A stretch of 64,000 bases of DNA from Isurus oxyrinchus (taxonomy: Eukaryota): contig JANJGN010000007.1 in NCBI GenBank assembly GCA_026770705.1, positions 96,782,001 to 96,846,000 on the forward strand. The letters are read 5' to 3'. Positions 38,739 through 52,369 of this stretch are shown piece by piece. Below the pieces are notes generated by a model that ran no database searches, had not been told where the DNA came from, and worked only from the letters and a program-made list of their open reading frames with translations. Numbering within the stretch: position 1 is the first letter of the stretch; the number at the start of each line of letters is the position of its first letter. The translations under genes were made by a program, and so were the position numbers.

Positions 38739-40392
38739 GTGGCCGTCATCTCCTCTGGGGATCTTCCTCCCACAGCTTCCAACCTGATAGTTGCCCAACC
38801 TCGGACAGCCCGCTTGTATCTCCTACCCAAAATCCACAAACAGAACTGCCCCAGTAGACCGATCGTCTCAGCTTGCTCCTGCCCCACAGAACTCATTTCT
38901 CGTTATCTTGATTCCCTTCTCTCTCCCCTTGTCCAGTCCCTTCCCACCTACATCCGTGATTCCTCTGACACCTTACGTCGCATCAACAATTTCCAGTTCC
39001 CTGGCCCCAACCACTTCCTCTTCACCATGGACGGCCAATCCCTCTACACCTCCATCCCCCACCAGGATGGTCTGAGGGCCCTTAGCTTCTTCTTCAAAAA
39101 GAGGCCCGAACAATCCCTATCCACCACTACTCTCCTCCATCTGGCTGAACTTGTTCTCACGCTGAACAATTTCTCCTTCAACTCATCTCACTTCCTCCAA
39201 ATAAAAGGTGTGGCTATGGGTACCCACATGGGCCCCAGCTATGCCTGTCTCTGTATGGGGGTATGTGGAACATTCCTTGTTCCAGTCCTACTCCGGCCCC
39301 CTTCCACAACTCTTTCTCCGGTACGTTGATGATTACTTCGGTGCCGCTTCATGCTCTCGTCGGGACTTGGAAAAATTTATTAATTTTGCTTCCAATCTCC
39401 ACCCCTCCATCATTTTCACGTGGTCCATCTCTGACACTTCCCTTCCCTTCCTTGACCTCTCTGTCTCAATCTCTGGTGATAGACTGTCCACCAATATCCA
39501 TTACAAACCCACCGACTCCCACAGCTACCTCGACTACAGCTTTTCACACCCCGTTTCCTGTAAGGACTCCATCCCATTCTCTCAGTTCCTTCGCCTCCGT
39601 CGCATCTGTTCCGATAATGCCACCTTCAAAAACCATTCCTCTGACATGTCCTCCTTCTTCCTTAACCGAGGTTTTCCACCCACGGTCGTTGACAGGGCCC
39701 TCAACCGTGTGCGGCCCATCTCCCGCGCATCTGCCCTCATGCCTTCTCCTCCCTCCCAGAAACATGATAGGGTCCCCCTTGTCCTCACTTATCACTCCAC
39801 CAGCCTCCGCATTCAAAGGATCATCCTCCGCCATTTCCGCCAACTCCAGCATGATGCCACCACCATACACATCTTCCCTTCACCCCCCCTATCGGCATTC
39901 CGTAGGGATTGCTTCCTTCGGGACACCCTGGTCCACTCCTCCATCACTTCCTACTCCTCAACCCTCTCCTATGGCACCACCCCATGCCCACGCAAAAGAT
40001 GCAACACCTGCCACTTCACTTCCTCTCTCCTCACCGTCCAAGGGCCCAAACATTCCTTTCAAGTGAAGCAGCATTTCACTTGCATTTCCCCCAACTTAGT
40101 CTACTGCATTCACTGCTCCCAATGTGGTCTCCTCTACATTGGGGAGACCAAACGTAAACTGGGCGATCGCTTTGCAGTACACCTGCGGTCTGTCCGCAAG
40201 AATGACCGAAACCTCCCTGTTCCTTGCCATTTTAACACTCCACCCTGCTCTCTTGCCCACATTTCTGTCCTTGGCTTGCTGCATTGTTCCAGTGAAGCCC
40301 AACACAAACTGGAGGAACAACACCTCATCTTCCGACTAGGCACTTTACAGGCTTCTGGGCTGAATATTGAATTCAACAACTTTAGGTCGTGA
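38739..40392 (+). pseudogene. Penelope RT plus GIY-YIG endonuclease, 5'-truncated, one frameshift near 39257
   Basis: LYLLPKIHK..RPIVS, QIKGVAMGTHMGPSYA, FLRYVDD, C..KRCNTC, VYCIHCSQCGLLYIGET. The two ORFs overlap across a G run. Confidence 0.93.
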
Positions 40393-43225
40393 GCTCCCTC
40401 CCCCATCCCCTCCCCCTTTCTGTTTCCCCCTTCCTTTTTTTTCCAATAAATTATATAGATTTTTCTTTTCCCACCGATTTCCATTATTTTTAAATATCTT
40501 AAAAGCTTTTATGCTCTCCCCACCCCCACTAGAGCTATACCTTGAGTGCCCTACCATCCATTCTTAATTAGCACATTCGTTTAGATAATATCGCCAACTT
40601 TAACACCTATGTGTTCTTTTGATCTATTGTTGTTGACATCTTGATGATCTGCTTCTATCACTGCTTGTTTGTCCCTACAACCACACCCCCCCTCCTCCAC
40701 TTCTCTGTCTCTCTCTCTCTCCGCTCCCCCCCACCCCACACACCTTAAACCAGCTTATATTTCAACTCTTTCTTGGACTCGAACTCAAGTTCTGTTGAAG
40801 CGTCATGAGGACTCAAAACGTCAACTCTTTTCTTCTCCGCCGATGCTGCCAGACCTGCTGAGTTTTTCCAGGTAATTCTGTTTTACTTTTAAAATGAAAA
40901 TTCGCTTTTGAGAAATTATCAGGAACCAAACCTTAAATTTTAAACTTTGTAAAAACTCTGATTTACACTATCAAAATTAAAACGACCTCTTTCTTATGTG
41001 TATTGATTTGTATCCAAGTTATAATTCCCGTATGTTTATCGACACAGTCTTTATCTTAGATAGCATCCTAATGATTCAAAAATAACCTTCTAAACTGCAC
41101 TTCACTTTACACCTCAAGAGTGTTCCAAAATAAAATTGCAGTGCTGTTGGGATGCAGATTTCCTTTCATATTTAATTAATCTAATCAAAAGATGTTTCTC
41201 TATTGGAACCACTTGGAATTGTGTTTATTCGTTTTGGTTTTCCTAGAATCCCTTGAATTTAGGTAATTTCCCCCCACAGAATGTTAGAATACTAACTCGT
41301 ATGAGTTAATGTAACTCATATGTATCAATGCCAGTTAGCTTTGAAGCTGGCGATGCTCATCTGCAAAGGGGGTGGTATAAAGGTTGGTTCATCTAACCCT
41401 GTCTAGATTTATGATACCTTTAAATTTCAACACTGCCAGAAATCTCATTTCAAACATTATACTCAAAACTTTGGAATCTTTTAATATATTTTCCTTTAAT
41501 CTAACATGGGGCTTTCAGCCCCAAAGTGTTGAACTGCACATACAAATGACAATTAAGGAAGAAAACACTTTAAAGCTCACATACAAGTGCTTCCTTGTGC
41601 AAAAACAAATATACATTTAGAAGTATGTATTTATGTACCTGCATCCTTAACTGACCGCCTTAAAATCCTTATATTCTAAATGAAGCTTCAAATAGCAGTG
41701 GCGGAAATAAGGATCCACGACCTGGGACAATTAATCTGACGAAAGCTCACATCTTCCCTATAAGCCTGTCAGTGCTTATTAAATCACCTATGGGTACGCC
41801 ATTTTTCCCTCTTTCTCTCTCTGTCCAGCACAAACAGCATGAATCAATTCATATTTTTAAGTTACATAAAATTGAGAGTATACCTTTCGGGTCCCAATCA
41901 TCCTTCCACATTTTCAGGAAAATCTCGTCATCCCGCAGGGTACATTATATACCTCCAATATGTTTCTCCCTCCTCCAAGGCATCCTTAACTCCCCTCTCA
42001 AACTCCGTTTGCAGGGCTGTCACCTTCTACCGATCTGAGACGTCCCCAGGTTTTGCCCATTCTCCACTCCTCGACTGCAGGGGTAATCTTCCCCAGATAT
42101 CCCCAGGGCATTTAGCCTTCACCAGTATGTGATTATCAATGGGTTGCATCGCATGGAAATCCTGCCTTTCCCGCAGTTTGATCCAAAAATCTGGATTGCT
42201 ATGCCGAGTTTTAATTGTCAGCAGTTCTTTAAACAAAATCTGTTTTACCCCCGGGCTGAAAGGTGCAGGATTAACTTTCACTGTAACCCTCTCAATCTCT
42301 TCATGAGCCCCTATTCCTCAGCCTCCTTTCTCCCTCCAGGTTTCAATTGCCTTTCCTGACTTCACTTTCCCTCACAGTTATCGCCATAGGGGCAATGGAA
42401 TTAAATGGGCACAGGGGCGGTTGGTTCATATGAGGGCGGAATTGCATCAGCTCCATCATATTTTTCTCCTTCGGAGTTTTCCCCTCTTGATCAGTGTCAC
42501 TGCAGGCCCTGCCGCCACTGGTCTGATCTGTCCTGGATCTGACTTTGTTTCTCTCTCCAATCGACTGGAATTTAGTATTAACCCTTCTGCACAACAGTAG
42601 GTTCAGTGTGATAATAACCATCATCCCTTTATTTTCCTTATCCTTTTCTTGCTCTATCCACCACTGTTTATTTTCTCCGGGGGTTCCCTGAGGGTACTAC
42701 CCCTCCTTCTGCATTTTAGTGATTATTTTTGACTGTTGTTCCGCTTATGAACCTCGTAGTAGAGTACGCGGTTCTTCAGTCGAGTTCCATAGCGCTATTT
42801 TATTTCCTTGAAGGGATTTTATTCCAATTTTCCGTCTCTCTCTGCGCGGTAGGTTCACACGGTCCTAAGAACTTAATTATCTGAGGTATGCATGTGCGGT
42901 TTCACTGGGGTCTGGCCTTCCTGCTCGGCTTTGGCTAAGGTTTTATTTCAAACCGTAACCCGCCAGCACGGCTCCGCCCTCCTCTTAACTGGGTAATGGT
43001 TCCGGCCTTCCTGTGCGGCCTTGGCCAGGCTAGCCCACCTGCACGGCTCCGCCCGTTACCGCTGACGCCTCCTATCTCCTGTCCTGAGCCCTCCTCTTGA
43101 TTCTTTGATACTTGACTTGTCCGTTCTCGGGTAGGCTTATTGCACTAACTACGGGTGGTAAATGAATATACTCAACCACTTTGCAGAGTCGTCCCGAGGA
43201 TCCGATCCAAGTATCCTGCCGCCTA

Positions 43226-43789
43226 TGGTGGTGTCTTTGATGAACGGACCACAGGGGACTACAGATAAGTTACGATCGTTTATTCGAGCAATTGCAAGGA
43301 AGGCACCATCTCAATGCAGCTTGAAACAGTACTCTGCTAAACTACAAGTGCTCATCATATTTATACTGTATTGGTCACTTACAAGAAAAGTTTCCAGTTT
43401 TCGATCTTGTCAACATATACGTTTATATTAAACAGACAATCTCTGGTACAAAGGTACATGCACCATCTGACCCTACCTTCACCCAGGCAGAGACCTGACT
43501 TCTTATCTAAGCTGGGACCATCTGCCCTTCCCCTATCTGCTGAAGAGCACACTTAATCTATGTTATTGCCATCCTTTGGCTCCATTCTAACTCCCAGGAC
43601 CTTGCTGGTGATTACAAACCCTGAGGATGTACAAAGTTTGAGAGTGTAAAAAGTTCATCTGGTTTAACTGTTTTATTACTGATTACTGATTTGCGCTGGC
43701 CTGCCTATAGATTCTAATTTAAGTAATTAATTCCCTTATAATGAGTTCTCACTTACCATAAATTCTCATTAACTTTCTTTACCGTAACA
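43226..43789 (-). repeat. ERV 5' LTR with adjacent PBS-like sequence
   Basis: Reverse strand starts TGTTACGG, contains TATAAA (about 43365) and AATAAA (about 43282), ends ...ccacCA, and is followed by TAGGCGGCAGGAT (resembles a tRNA-Ser PBS). Confidence 0.65.
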
Positions 43790-45240
43790 AATCAAATTCT
43801 GCCATTAACACAACTCTCTCGTTTTGTGCCGTTCTAGAATTTCCTTTAATATTCCTCTATCTTCTTCTCGCATCTAGTCAATGATAAAACTAGCACGAAT
43901 CCTCACTCTTCATGTTTACAGTTTAGTTTGAGCATTTTGAAATTTAAGAATCTGGGAGACGGATTCAGGGGTCTAATTTGCCGCTACCATGTCTACAGGT
44001 TTTGGAAAACCCATGTTGTTTAACAGTTGTGAAAGTGGCTAAGCCCGCTGTTCAACAAGACCATACATTCCGGAATTTACTCCTTAAACATGACTTGATG
44101 TCCACCTCATTCTCCTTCCTTAACCCTGCTATTTGTTCACGCGTTCGTTGAGTTCATTTGCTGCTCTTCCACGTACCATTTTTAATGCCCTTCTGTTTAA
44201 TTGGGATGTGTTTTAAAAAAAATTGTTAAATGCGCTCGACGGACAAAACCATAAAATAAAACATGTTCCTCCAAGAAAGCCTCCTGCCAAAGTGATCTCT
44301 GGAAACGCCGGTCTTCGGGAGCTACTGGCAAGTATCTATCGTATCATAATTAATGAACCTTGGCTCATGTTTAGATATCAAGTTCCGCTTCAAATTGTGA
44401 ACAACCTTGATTATCAAAGTATTCACAAACGTTTTTTTTTCAGAATAACCACACCTAGAAATCAGATTCATTACACGGTGATAATTGAGGAAAAATGTAT
44501 TAATACATAATATTTCTGGATAATGTATATATCCATTTATACAAAAAAACATTGTGCATAATTTTGCATGGGGATTTTTTTTTGTGAATGTGTACGTAGC
44601 AAATGATGCACCCTTCAATAAATTCAAGCTAGTCAGTTTATCAAATTGCCAATTAGCCCTTTATGCTGTTTGCCCTACTATAAATATACCATGGACATTT
44701 CCATCATGTACACTGGAACTCAAAAATTAATATGAATCAATTTGAACGTATATATATTATTTTAATTATAATTTACAGAATAGAAATCGGCATTATCGTC
44801 TGAATGCTGAATGTCGTTAGCTTTCCCAGCAGTAGCCTCATCTCAGCCTACTTCTTCAAATACATTCTGCAAATTCCCCTATTTCTTCTTTCCCCACGTT
44901 CATATTTTAATGGATGACATGAACATTTTCAACTTAGACATAATCCCTTTCATTTTAAATGCATGATTTTACACTTACAATGTGTTACCCTTAGATCCAT
45001 GGCAGCACCGTCTCTTCCTCACAATATTTCAGGTTCATGCCCAGCTCCAGAGGCATTGCACAGCATTTACCAATCCATATCAGTATTGAAGGAGCACTGA
45101 ACTGTCGAAAGTGTACTATTTCATATAAGAAGCTTAAGAAGTAGTTTTGCCTTCCCTCAAAATGAAGTAAAATATCCCATGATACTAGGAGCAACGTTTC
45201 TCTCAGGTGGGATAAGATATCCCATGGTACTGGGAAGGAC

Positions 45241-46447
45241 TGTAGCAAATGTTCATAGTTAATCTAAGATGTCAGAGATAAATATGTAGTTCTGGGAAGG
45301 TTAAAATTGGAAAGTGCAAGGTAACCAAAATGCTGGGCTTTTGTGATTTTGGGAACACTAAAGAAAACAGCAGTTCAAAAGCTTACCCATGTCTGCTTAA
45401 TAGTCAGAATAGAAGAAGTCTGTCCACAAACTGCAGGTGGGCTTATGTAGCTGCAGAAATTGTGTAGGAGGGGTTATTAGCTTGTAAGCCATTTTAAGGA
45501 TAGACCAGAGCAGGTGACGCCGTCATGGAGATGGGTGGAAACCTAAGAAGATTCTCTGGTTTCCATCTGTCTGAATTCTCTGCAGCAGGGGACGAGGGCA
45601 TACCAAAAAAAGATGCTATTGGTAGCAGTCTTCAAGTAGTTAGTGTACAGAGAAGGCCTGGGAGCTGTTTGCTGCAGCTGAAATTTTCAGCTTTGACATC
45701 GTGTAGCTTTCAGCTCACAGAGAATCCCCAGGAAGTATTCCATGCAGTCGGGGCTCACAAAAATCATGGGAAGCTGGGGAGGTGGCGCAAGCGCACAGCT
45801 CCGTGCTGGAGATAGTTGTGGCTCCGAGAAGTCCTGGGAGACATTTATATCTTGGTGCAACCAGGAGACTAGTGTTCGGAGAATCGAGGAGCGGTACCAT
45901 ATTAGCGAAGTTAGCAGTCAGTGAAATGGTCGGAAGTGTGACTTTGACTAGAGGCAAGAGCTCTGTTTTGGAAATTCCGTTGAATGCAGCCTCAGGAGAA
46001 GAATTTGAACCATCAGGATATGAGAAGTCATTGAAGCAGTCTGAGTGGGAGTGGCTTTCGATGGAATTCAAAGATTAGAGCAACTGAAATTCCCCACAGG
46101 AGAGACAGAGCTCTAAAGAGATTTCCTGACTCATAGAGGGCACTGATGTCTTGGTGGGTTGCGAGAAATTTGTGGAATCTGTCTTGGTCACATCAGCCAT
46201 TTAATGCATAGTGTGGTTTGTTAGACGACAGCTTGCATGTCAATTCATTTTTATCTCTTATTAATTCTGAAGGTTAGAGCACAAGAAGATATTGTAGATT
46301 TTCTTTACTCTGCTGACTTTGTATTGTGAAGCTTATTATGTTTGCCTCAAACCGTGAAATTTCGTGCCTGTATTCCAGGGAGTGACTGGATTTTCAAATA
46401 TTGTTTACTTTAAACAAAGAAATGCATTCACTAATCTAATCGTAACA
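45241..46447 (+). mobile_element. Probable solo LTR (Gypsy/ERV type)
   Basis: TGTAGC...CGTAACA termini, flanks ggac/gaac (degenerate 4-bp TSD), no coding potential. Confidence 0.45.
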
Positions 46448-47094
46448 GAACATACTTATCAGCACAAATGAAACTTCCTTTGGTAGCATGAATAACAGTA
46501 GTGTACTGTTGATGTTTTGTCCAATATTTAGGAGGCAGATTAACTGGTAATTAATCCAATTTCCTTTTGCACGACCGTGGGTGAAAATAATTTTCCCCCA
46601 ACATTGCAAGAATCGATTTAAAAAGCACCATAGAAGACACGGCAAAGTTTTAAGAACGTAAACGGGATTACAAGCATGCATGCAAGTTACCTTGGCGCAT
46701 TAACGATTCTCAGCCAACTGTTGTTCTGATTTCTCGCAGATTTCACCCTCCAAGGGCTGAGAGAGGGGGACGGCATGTGCTATAGCTGAAAACGGAATAG
46801 AAGGGAGAACACTGGTACAACGGAGAAGTAGACTATTTGGCACAATGCCCTTGTGCTCGTTCGTTGGAAAGAAAGTGGTCAATTACTTGCAGTTCTCAAC
46901 TCTTTCCCCATAGCCCAGGAATAATAAATCAGTGTGAATGCAACAGCGTTCGTTTTTATAAACTCTATTTTTGATTCTGCTTATATAGACCTTCCAGTCA
47001 GTGCATCATGACAGTTCACTCTGCAACATTATTTATTGTCACCTTCTGTTTCTTTTGTCTTTTGCCAGTTTTCTTCTATCTAAAGTTACTCTTG

Positions 47095-48975
47095 CCGGCA
47101 GAGCAAAGGGGATATGAGAAAGCTCCGGCTGGTGAAAGTAGGGAAAATCCCAGGAAATTCTTTAAGTATATAAATGGGTTGAGGATATCCAGGGAAAGTG
47201 TAGGGCCCATTAGAGACCATTGGGGCAATCTATGGGTGGAGCCAGAGGACATCAGTAGAGTTTTTAATGAATACTATACATCCGTCTTCACCTAAGAGAA
47301 TGAGGATGAAGGTTTGGAACTCGGAGAGAGAGACTATGTGGTTCTTGAGCAAATTTACATCGGGAGTAACAAGGAATTGGAGGTGTTGGCAGGCCTAACA
47401 GTGGACAAATCTCTATGTCTGGATGTTTCGTGTCCCAAACTGTTGAGGGAGGCAATGGAGGAGACTGCAGGAGCTCCGGCCTAATTTTTTAATTCCTCCC
47501 TGGTCATGGGGGTGGTGCCAGATGTTTGGAGAACAGCTAATGTGTTTTCGCTATTTAAGAAGAGCTGTAGAGATAAGCCATCGAAATACAGCACAGTGAG
47601 TCTCACATAAGTGGTAGGGAAACTTTTGGAGAAAATTCTGAAGGAGAGAAACAATCTCCACTTGGTGAGGCAATGATTGATCAGAGATAGTCAGAATGAC
47701 ATTGCCAAAGGGAGGTCATGCCTAACAAATTTGATTGAATTTTTTGAGGAGATGACCAGGTGGGTGGTGCAGTTATTGTAATTTATATGGATTTCAGCAA
47801 AGCCTTTGGCAAGGTCCCAGATTGGTGACTTATAAAGAAGGCAAATGCACATAGGATACAGGGTAATTTGATAAGGTGGATTCAAAATTGGCTTAGTTGT
47901 AGGAGACAGAGGGTGATGTCAGAAGTCTGCTTTAGTGACTGGAAGACATTGTCCAGGAACATACTACAGGGATCTGTGCTGGCTCCCCTATTATTTGTCA
48001 TTTATATAAACCGTATAGATGACTATGTGGGGTATAGATTTAGTAAGTTCGTGGATGACACAAAGATTGGCCGGGTGGTTAACAGTGAGATCGAATGTCT
48101 TGGGCTACAGGAAGATATAGATGGGATGGTGAAATGGGTAGATAAGTGGCAGTTGGAATTTAGCCCTGAAAAATGTGAGGTGATACAATTTGGAAGGACT
48201 AATATGACAAGGAAGTATTCAATGAACGGTATGACACTAGAAAGTTCTGAAGAACAAAGGAGCTTGGCCTGTGTGCCCATAGACCTCTGAAGGCAGAGGG
48301 ACATGTTAGTGGGCTGCTGGAACAGGCATATGGGACACTTGCCTTCATCAATCGAGGCATAGATGACAAAAGTAGGCAGATCATGTTGGAGTTGTTTAGA
48401 ACCTTGGTGAGGCCACAGCTGGAATACTGTGTTCAGTTGTGGTCGCCACATTAAAGGAAGGATGTGATTGCACTGGAGGGGGTTCAGAGGAGATTCACCA
48501 GGATATTGCCTGGGATGAAACATTTAAGTTACGAAGAGAGGTTGGAGAGACTAGGATTGTTCCATTGGAACAGAAAACACAGGTGCGACCTATTCAAGGT
48601 GTCCAAGATTATGAGGGGCATAGAAAGGGTGGATAGGGAGCAGCTGTTCCCCTTAGTTGAAGGGTCAGTCACGAGTGGACATAAGTTCAAGGTGAGGGCC
48701 AGGAGATTTAGGGTGGATGTGTGGAAAAGCTTTTTTACCCAGAGGGTAGCGACGGTTTGGAATGCACTGCCTGTGAGGGTGGTAGAAGCAGGTAACCTCA
48801 CATCCTTTAGCAATTACCTTGATGAGCTCTTAGCACATTATAACATTCAAGGCTATGGGCCACGTGCTGGTAAATGGTATAAGGTAGGTGGATTAGGTTT
48901 TTCTCAAGTGTCTGGCAGACCCGATGGACCGAAAGACCTCTTCTGCACTGTGTGATTCCGCGATTTGGTGACTCT
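47095..48975 (+). mobile_element. CR1 LINE, RT domain to 3' end
   Basis: IRWIQNWLSCRRQRV...QGSVLAPLLF...KFVDDTKIG (47868-48290) and ALEGVQRRFTRILPGM...FFTQRVATVWNALP (48464-48955). Ends in a tgtgattc-type tail. Confidence 0.95.
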
Positions 48976-51359
48976 GTGATTCATCTGCCAGTGGAAACAG
49001 TTTCTCTTTAGCCATCCGATTGCAACTTTTCATATGTTTAAACACCTTGATTAATTCCTTCACCCATGCTAGAACTGTGGCAAATCTTACCTTTAACAAC
49101 TTCAAGACCTTCACATTTTATCTATCATCTGCTGTCCAGTTTTGCTGATGGCACTCTAGCACCTGGGTAATTGGTGATCCAGTTATGTATAACATTGCTT
49201 TCTTGTTCTTGTTTACAATGCCTCTTTTCTAACACAAAGGTCCCATGTTTTCCAAAGAATCATAGAATCTCCGAATGCTACAGCATAGACCGAGACCGCT
49301 CAGCAGTTAGATTCTGCGCTGGCGCTTTCTATGAGGAATTCAGTTATGTTCACGACCCGATTTTTTTCAATACATCCTCAAACTTATTTTCATTCCTCTA
49401 TTTATCCAATTCCCTTCCGCAAGCTACTTATATTCAAACATTACATAACAAGGCTGAACCATACAACGTCTCAAACGTTTTCTTTCAACTGATCTGTGGC
49501 TCTTTAATCAATCACCAGTCAATACAATGTGTGATATTTAGGTGTTTGAAGCAGTTTACCTTCATTCGTTTCTTTTTTCTAATGCCTTAATGAAGTTATG
49601 AAACTCTATCAGTGCCCTCAGACGTCTCTGCTCTCAGAAGAATAACGCTAGCTTCTCAGGCTACACATGAAGCACCCCCAGAACGTCTTCTGTATCCTGC
49701 CCAGTGTGTTCGGATTCTTTCTAAAATATGATAGACAATATTGAACACGATGCTCAATTTGTGGCCAAATTACATATGTGTTTATTATAAATAAATATCT
49801 TTTGCAATCTATGGCTTTATTAATACAGATCTGGACCCTGTTTTCTTAATCAAATGTTCCATTATTTGGCATGTCATCACAAAGACTCACCGGTTTCTCT
49901 GTTTTTGAGCTTCATTTAAAATTATGGAATTAGCTTTTATTACATCTCTCCATTCTTACGACCAAAATACACCACTTCACTCTTTGCTGTATTGAATTTC
50001 AGCTGCATGCTTTCGCCCATTCCACGAACCTGTTTATTACCCTGAAGTTTCTTCCTCTCTTCCTCGTTGTCTGCTGCACTTAAAAGAGGTGACGATGTCT
50101 GCAGATCATTTACAAATGTTGAAATTTTGCCCTACATTCCCATGTTCAATTCCTCAATATCCTTTGAAATCAGTAGTGCACATTGGACCGTAAATCTATC
50201 TCCACTTCTGGACCGAAAAGCAATGGTTCATCTCTGTTTTCTATGCCTTAATTAATATTTTATTAATGAAATGAAATATGCTTCGCTTTTGCTGAAAAAC
50301 CTATTTTCAAAACGAAAATAAGCAGGACTTCAAGCAGACTCATGCAGGAGCAACAGAAGATTGAACAAAGATGCAAATCAAAGTTTTTTATAATAGGCGG
50401 AGAGCCGCCCAGGCGCACTGTTCATCTCCCATCTCTGCTTCGTGTTAGTCAATTAACTTCTTACCATGCTGCAACTGTGATTTTTATTCCATGTGCCTAA
50501 GTGGCGACAGATCAACCTGCATCTGGAAAATTACATCCGCTGAATTTAAAATACATAGCAGCAGATTCATAGGATTAGAAGGTAGCAAATATGTTCCCTC
50601 TATTTGAGAAAGCTTAAAGGGAAACAATAAACGGAGATTTTTTTTAAAAATGAAGAATGATTACGTAGAGAGAACGGGAATATTTGAGAGAAGAAATTCT
50701 TGCATGAAAAATTGGCTTGACTATTTTCCTATTCGGATGGAAAATGGGAAACCAATATTCGATAAGGTGAAATGAGAAGACGTTATTACACAAAGTATAA
50801 GACGCCAGGAATTGGCTGTACCATATTTGCAAAATTGAGGTTTCGTTGATAAGTAGTGATGAGAGGCTAAGATTGAACAGGGCATTTGGGGAGAGATGGC
50901 GTTTTAGTGGTAATGTCAATGCACAATTGATCCAGGGTCCTCGATGAAGGGTTTGGGGCATGGGTTCTAATCATACCACACCAGCTGGTAGAATTTAAAA
51001 TTCAATTACTTAAACAAAAATGCGAAGCTAACCTAGCCTACACGTGACCTGCAAAAATAGGGCTGACTATCCACTGCTCCCCAGAGTAATTAAGGATGGG
51101 CAAAAAGTTGCTGGCCTTGAAGTTGCACCCATATCTCATGAACAAAGTATAATAACGAAAAAAAATGGGTCGGCAACCTATAACTGACATATTACCGTAT
51201 GGATCATACTTGGGGCTCAGCTGTTTACCAACTATATTATTAACTGATGTTGGGTTCCTACGACATGAAATGAAATATAACAATCTATGTTTGAAACTTT
51301 ATCCTTATTGCAATTTTCAAAATAGATTTTCTGTTGAGCCAAAAAGGGTCGCTGCTACA

Positions 51360-52093
51360 TGTCATAAGAATCTCGTTGGCCCTTGTTTCGGGAGCTACTG
51401 CCAGGATTTACCTGGACAAAATGGTTCCTCACTCAGCCTGTGGAACCTCACACCTTATTGAACAGATCCGTTTTAATCCACAAATGCAATGAAAGTGAAG
51501 GTGAACGGGCCCCTTCCAAGGAGATCTATCACAAAACAGAACGATCAAACCTTAATATACTCGCAGACATGTTAATAACCATCAGTTTCCCTCTAAGGAG
51601 GAATGATGGGACTCTGGCCAGAAGCACAGAAACTGCTTGTTAAGCTGCAATTAACAAATAATGTGGCATGTCTCATGATTCAAGCCTCTGGTATTTTTGG
51701 ACAGTTTTAACATTATATCTTTAGCCTTACAAGCAGTATGCTGTTTAACATCCAACTGATGAACCACCAAGAATCAGCCAGTCTGCTCCCCAAGCCGCTC
51801 TTCGGTGGAAGATTTGCTACCAGCGCCTGCAGAACCGACCCAGACTTTGTATACATGGTTCATCTTGCTGTTTATTTACAGGAGCAAATGCAAAGCGATT
51901 TCTGCAGCTCTGGCCTTCAGCCAGCTGAACTCGAAAACCTAGTTGAAAGAATACTCATTGAAATCTGGCTATACACTTGGAAATCACGTGGTATAATATT
52001 ATTTTCTGTGGTTCTTGTACTGTTACTATCCACAGCTATGAAACTCATTTTTCTATCCCCAACCCCCACCTTTAGTGAGTGCGTATTTGTGTG

Positions 52094-52134
<41 letters not shown>

Positions 52135-52365
52135 GGAAGATGCGACCACTCCTTCCCTGCGTCTTCAGTGTGAAATAAACTAACCTACTAAGTTAATCAT
52201 AGCACGAGTTTGCTGCGGGTTATCAGTAAATCGAATGACACAAACTGAGAGTTTAGGAAAACACGACACCACATGCTTTAAAAATAGTTCAAAGCAACTT
52301 CTGCTTACGGACAGTTGGTGAGAGGAAATAAGTATCGTTTGCCTGTCACTCTACTGTCCGTAACA
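51360..52365 (+). mobile_element. Probable solo LTR containing a (GT)n tract (about 52096-52128)
   Basis: TGTCATAA...CCGTAACA termini, flanks taca/tata, AATAAA at about 52174. Confidence 0.45.
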
Positions 52366-52369
52366 TATA

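Larger units (their letters stand above)
38091..40885 (+). mobile_element. Young Penelope-like element with inverted 5' pLTR copy and 14-bp TSD
   Basis: 38091-~38737 is the reverse complement of the 3' end (~40325-40885). TSD cttttaaaatgaaa at 38077-38090 and 40886-40899. Confidence 0.95.
35671..43789 (-). mobile_element. Degenerate endogenous retrovirus: 5' LTR, gag-like, no recognisable PR/RT, integrase C-terminus, partial env
   Basis: LTR 43226-43789. Gag-like PAPFSPGVKQILFKEL...DFWIKL...GDIWGRLP (42027-42281). Integrase end ATPNRTAGFTPFEIMT (about 36880-36940). Env-like region with N-glycosylation sites and a post-cleavage-like 'RNLINDTV...TSVV' plus heptad region (35671-36560). Interrupted by a Penelope element. 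Confidence 0.65.

Noticed and set aside
39263-40066. 267-aa Ser/Pro-rich ORF and other overlapping ORFs in 38000-40900
   Set aside because: Alternative-frame or antisense by-products of the C-rich Penelope ORF and microsatellites.
50459-50530. Minus-strand J-like string (LGT/GIKITVA) before a GTAAG donor
   Set aside because: Needs a frameshift, has no RSS or upstream V features, and is compatible with chance.
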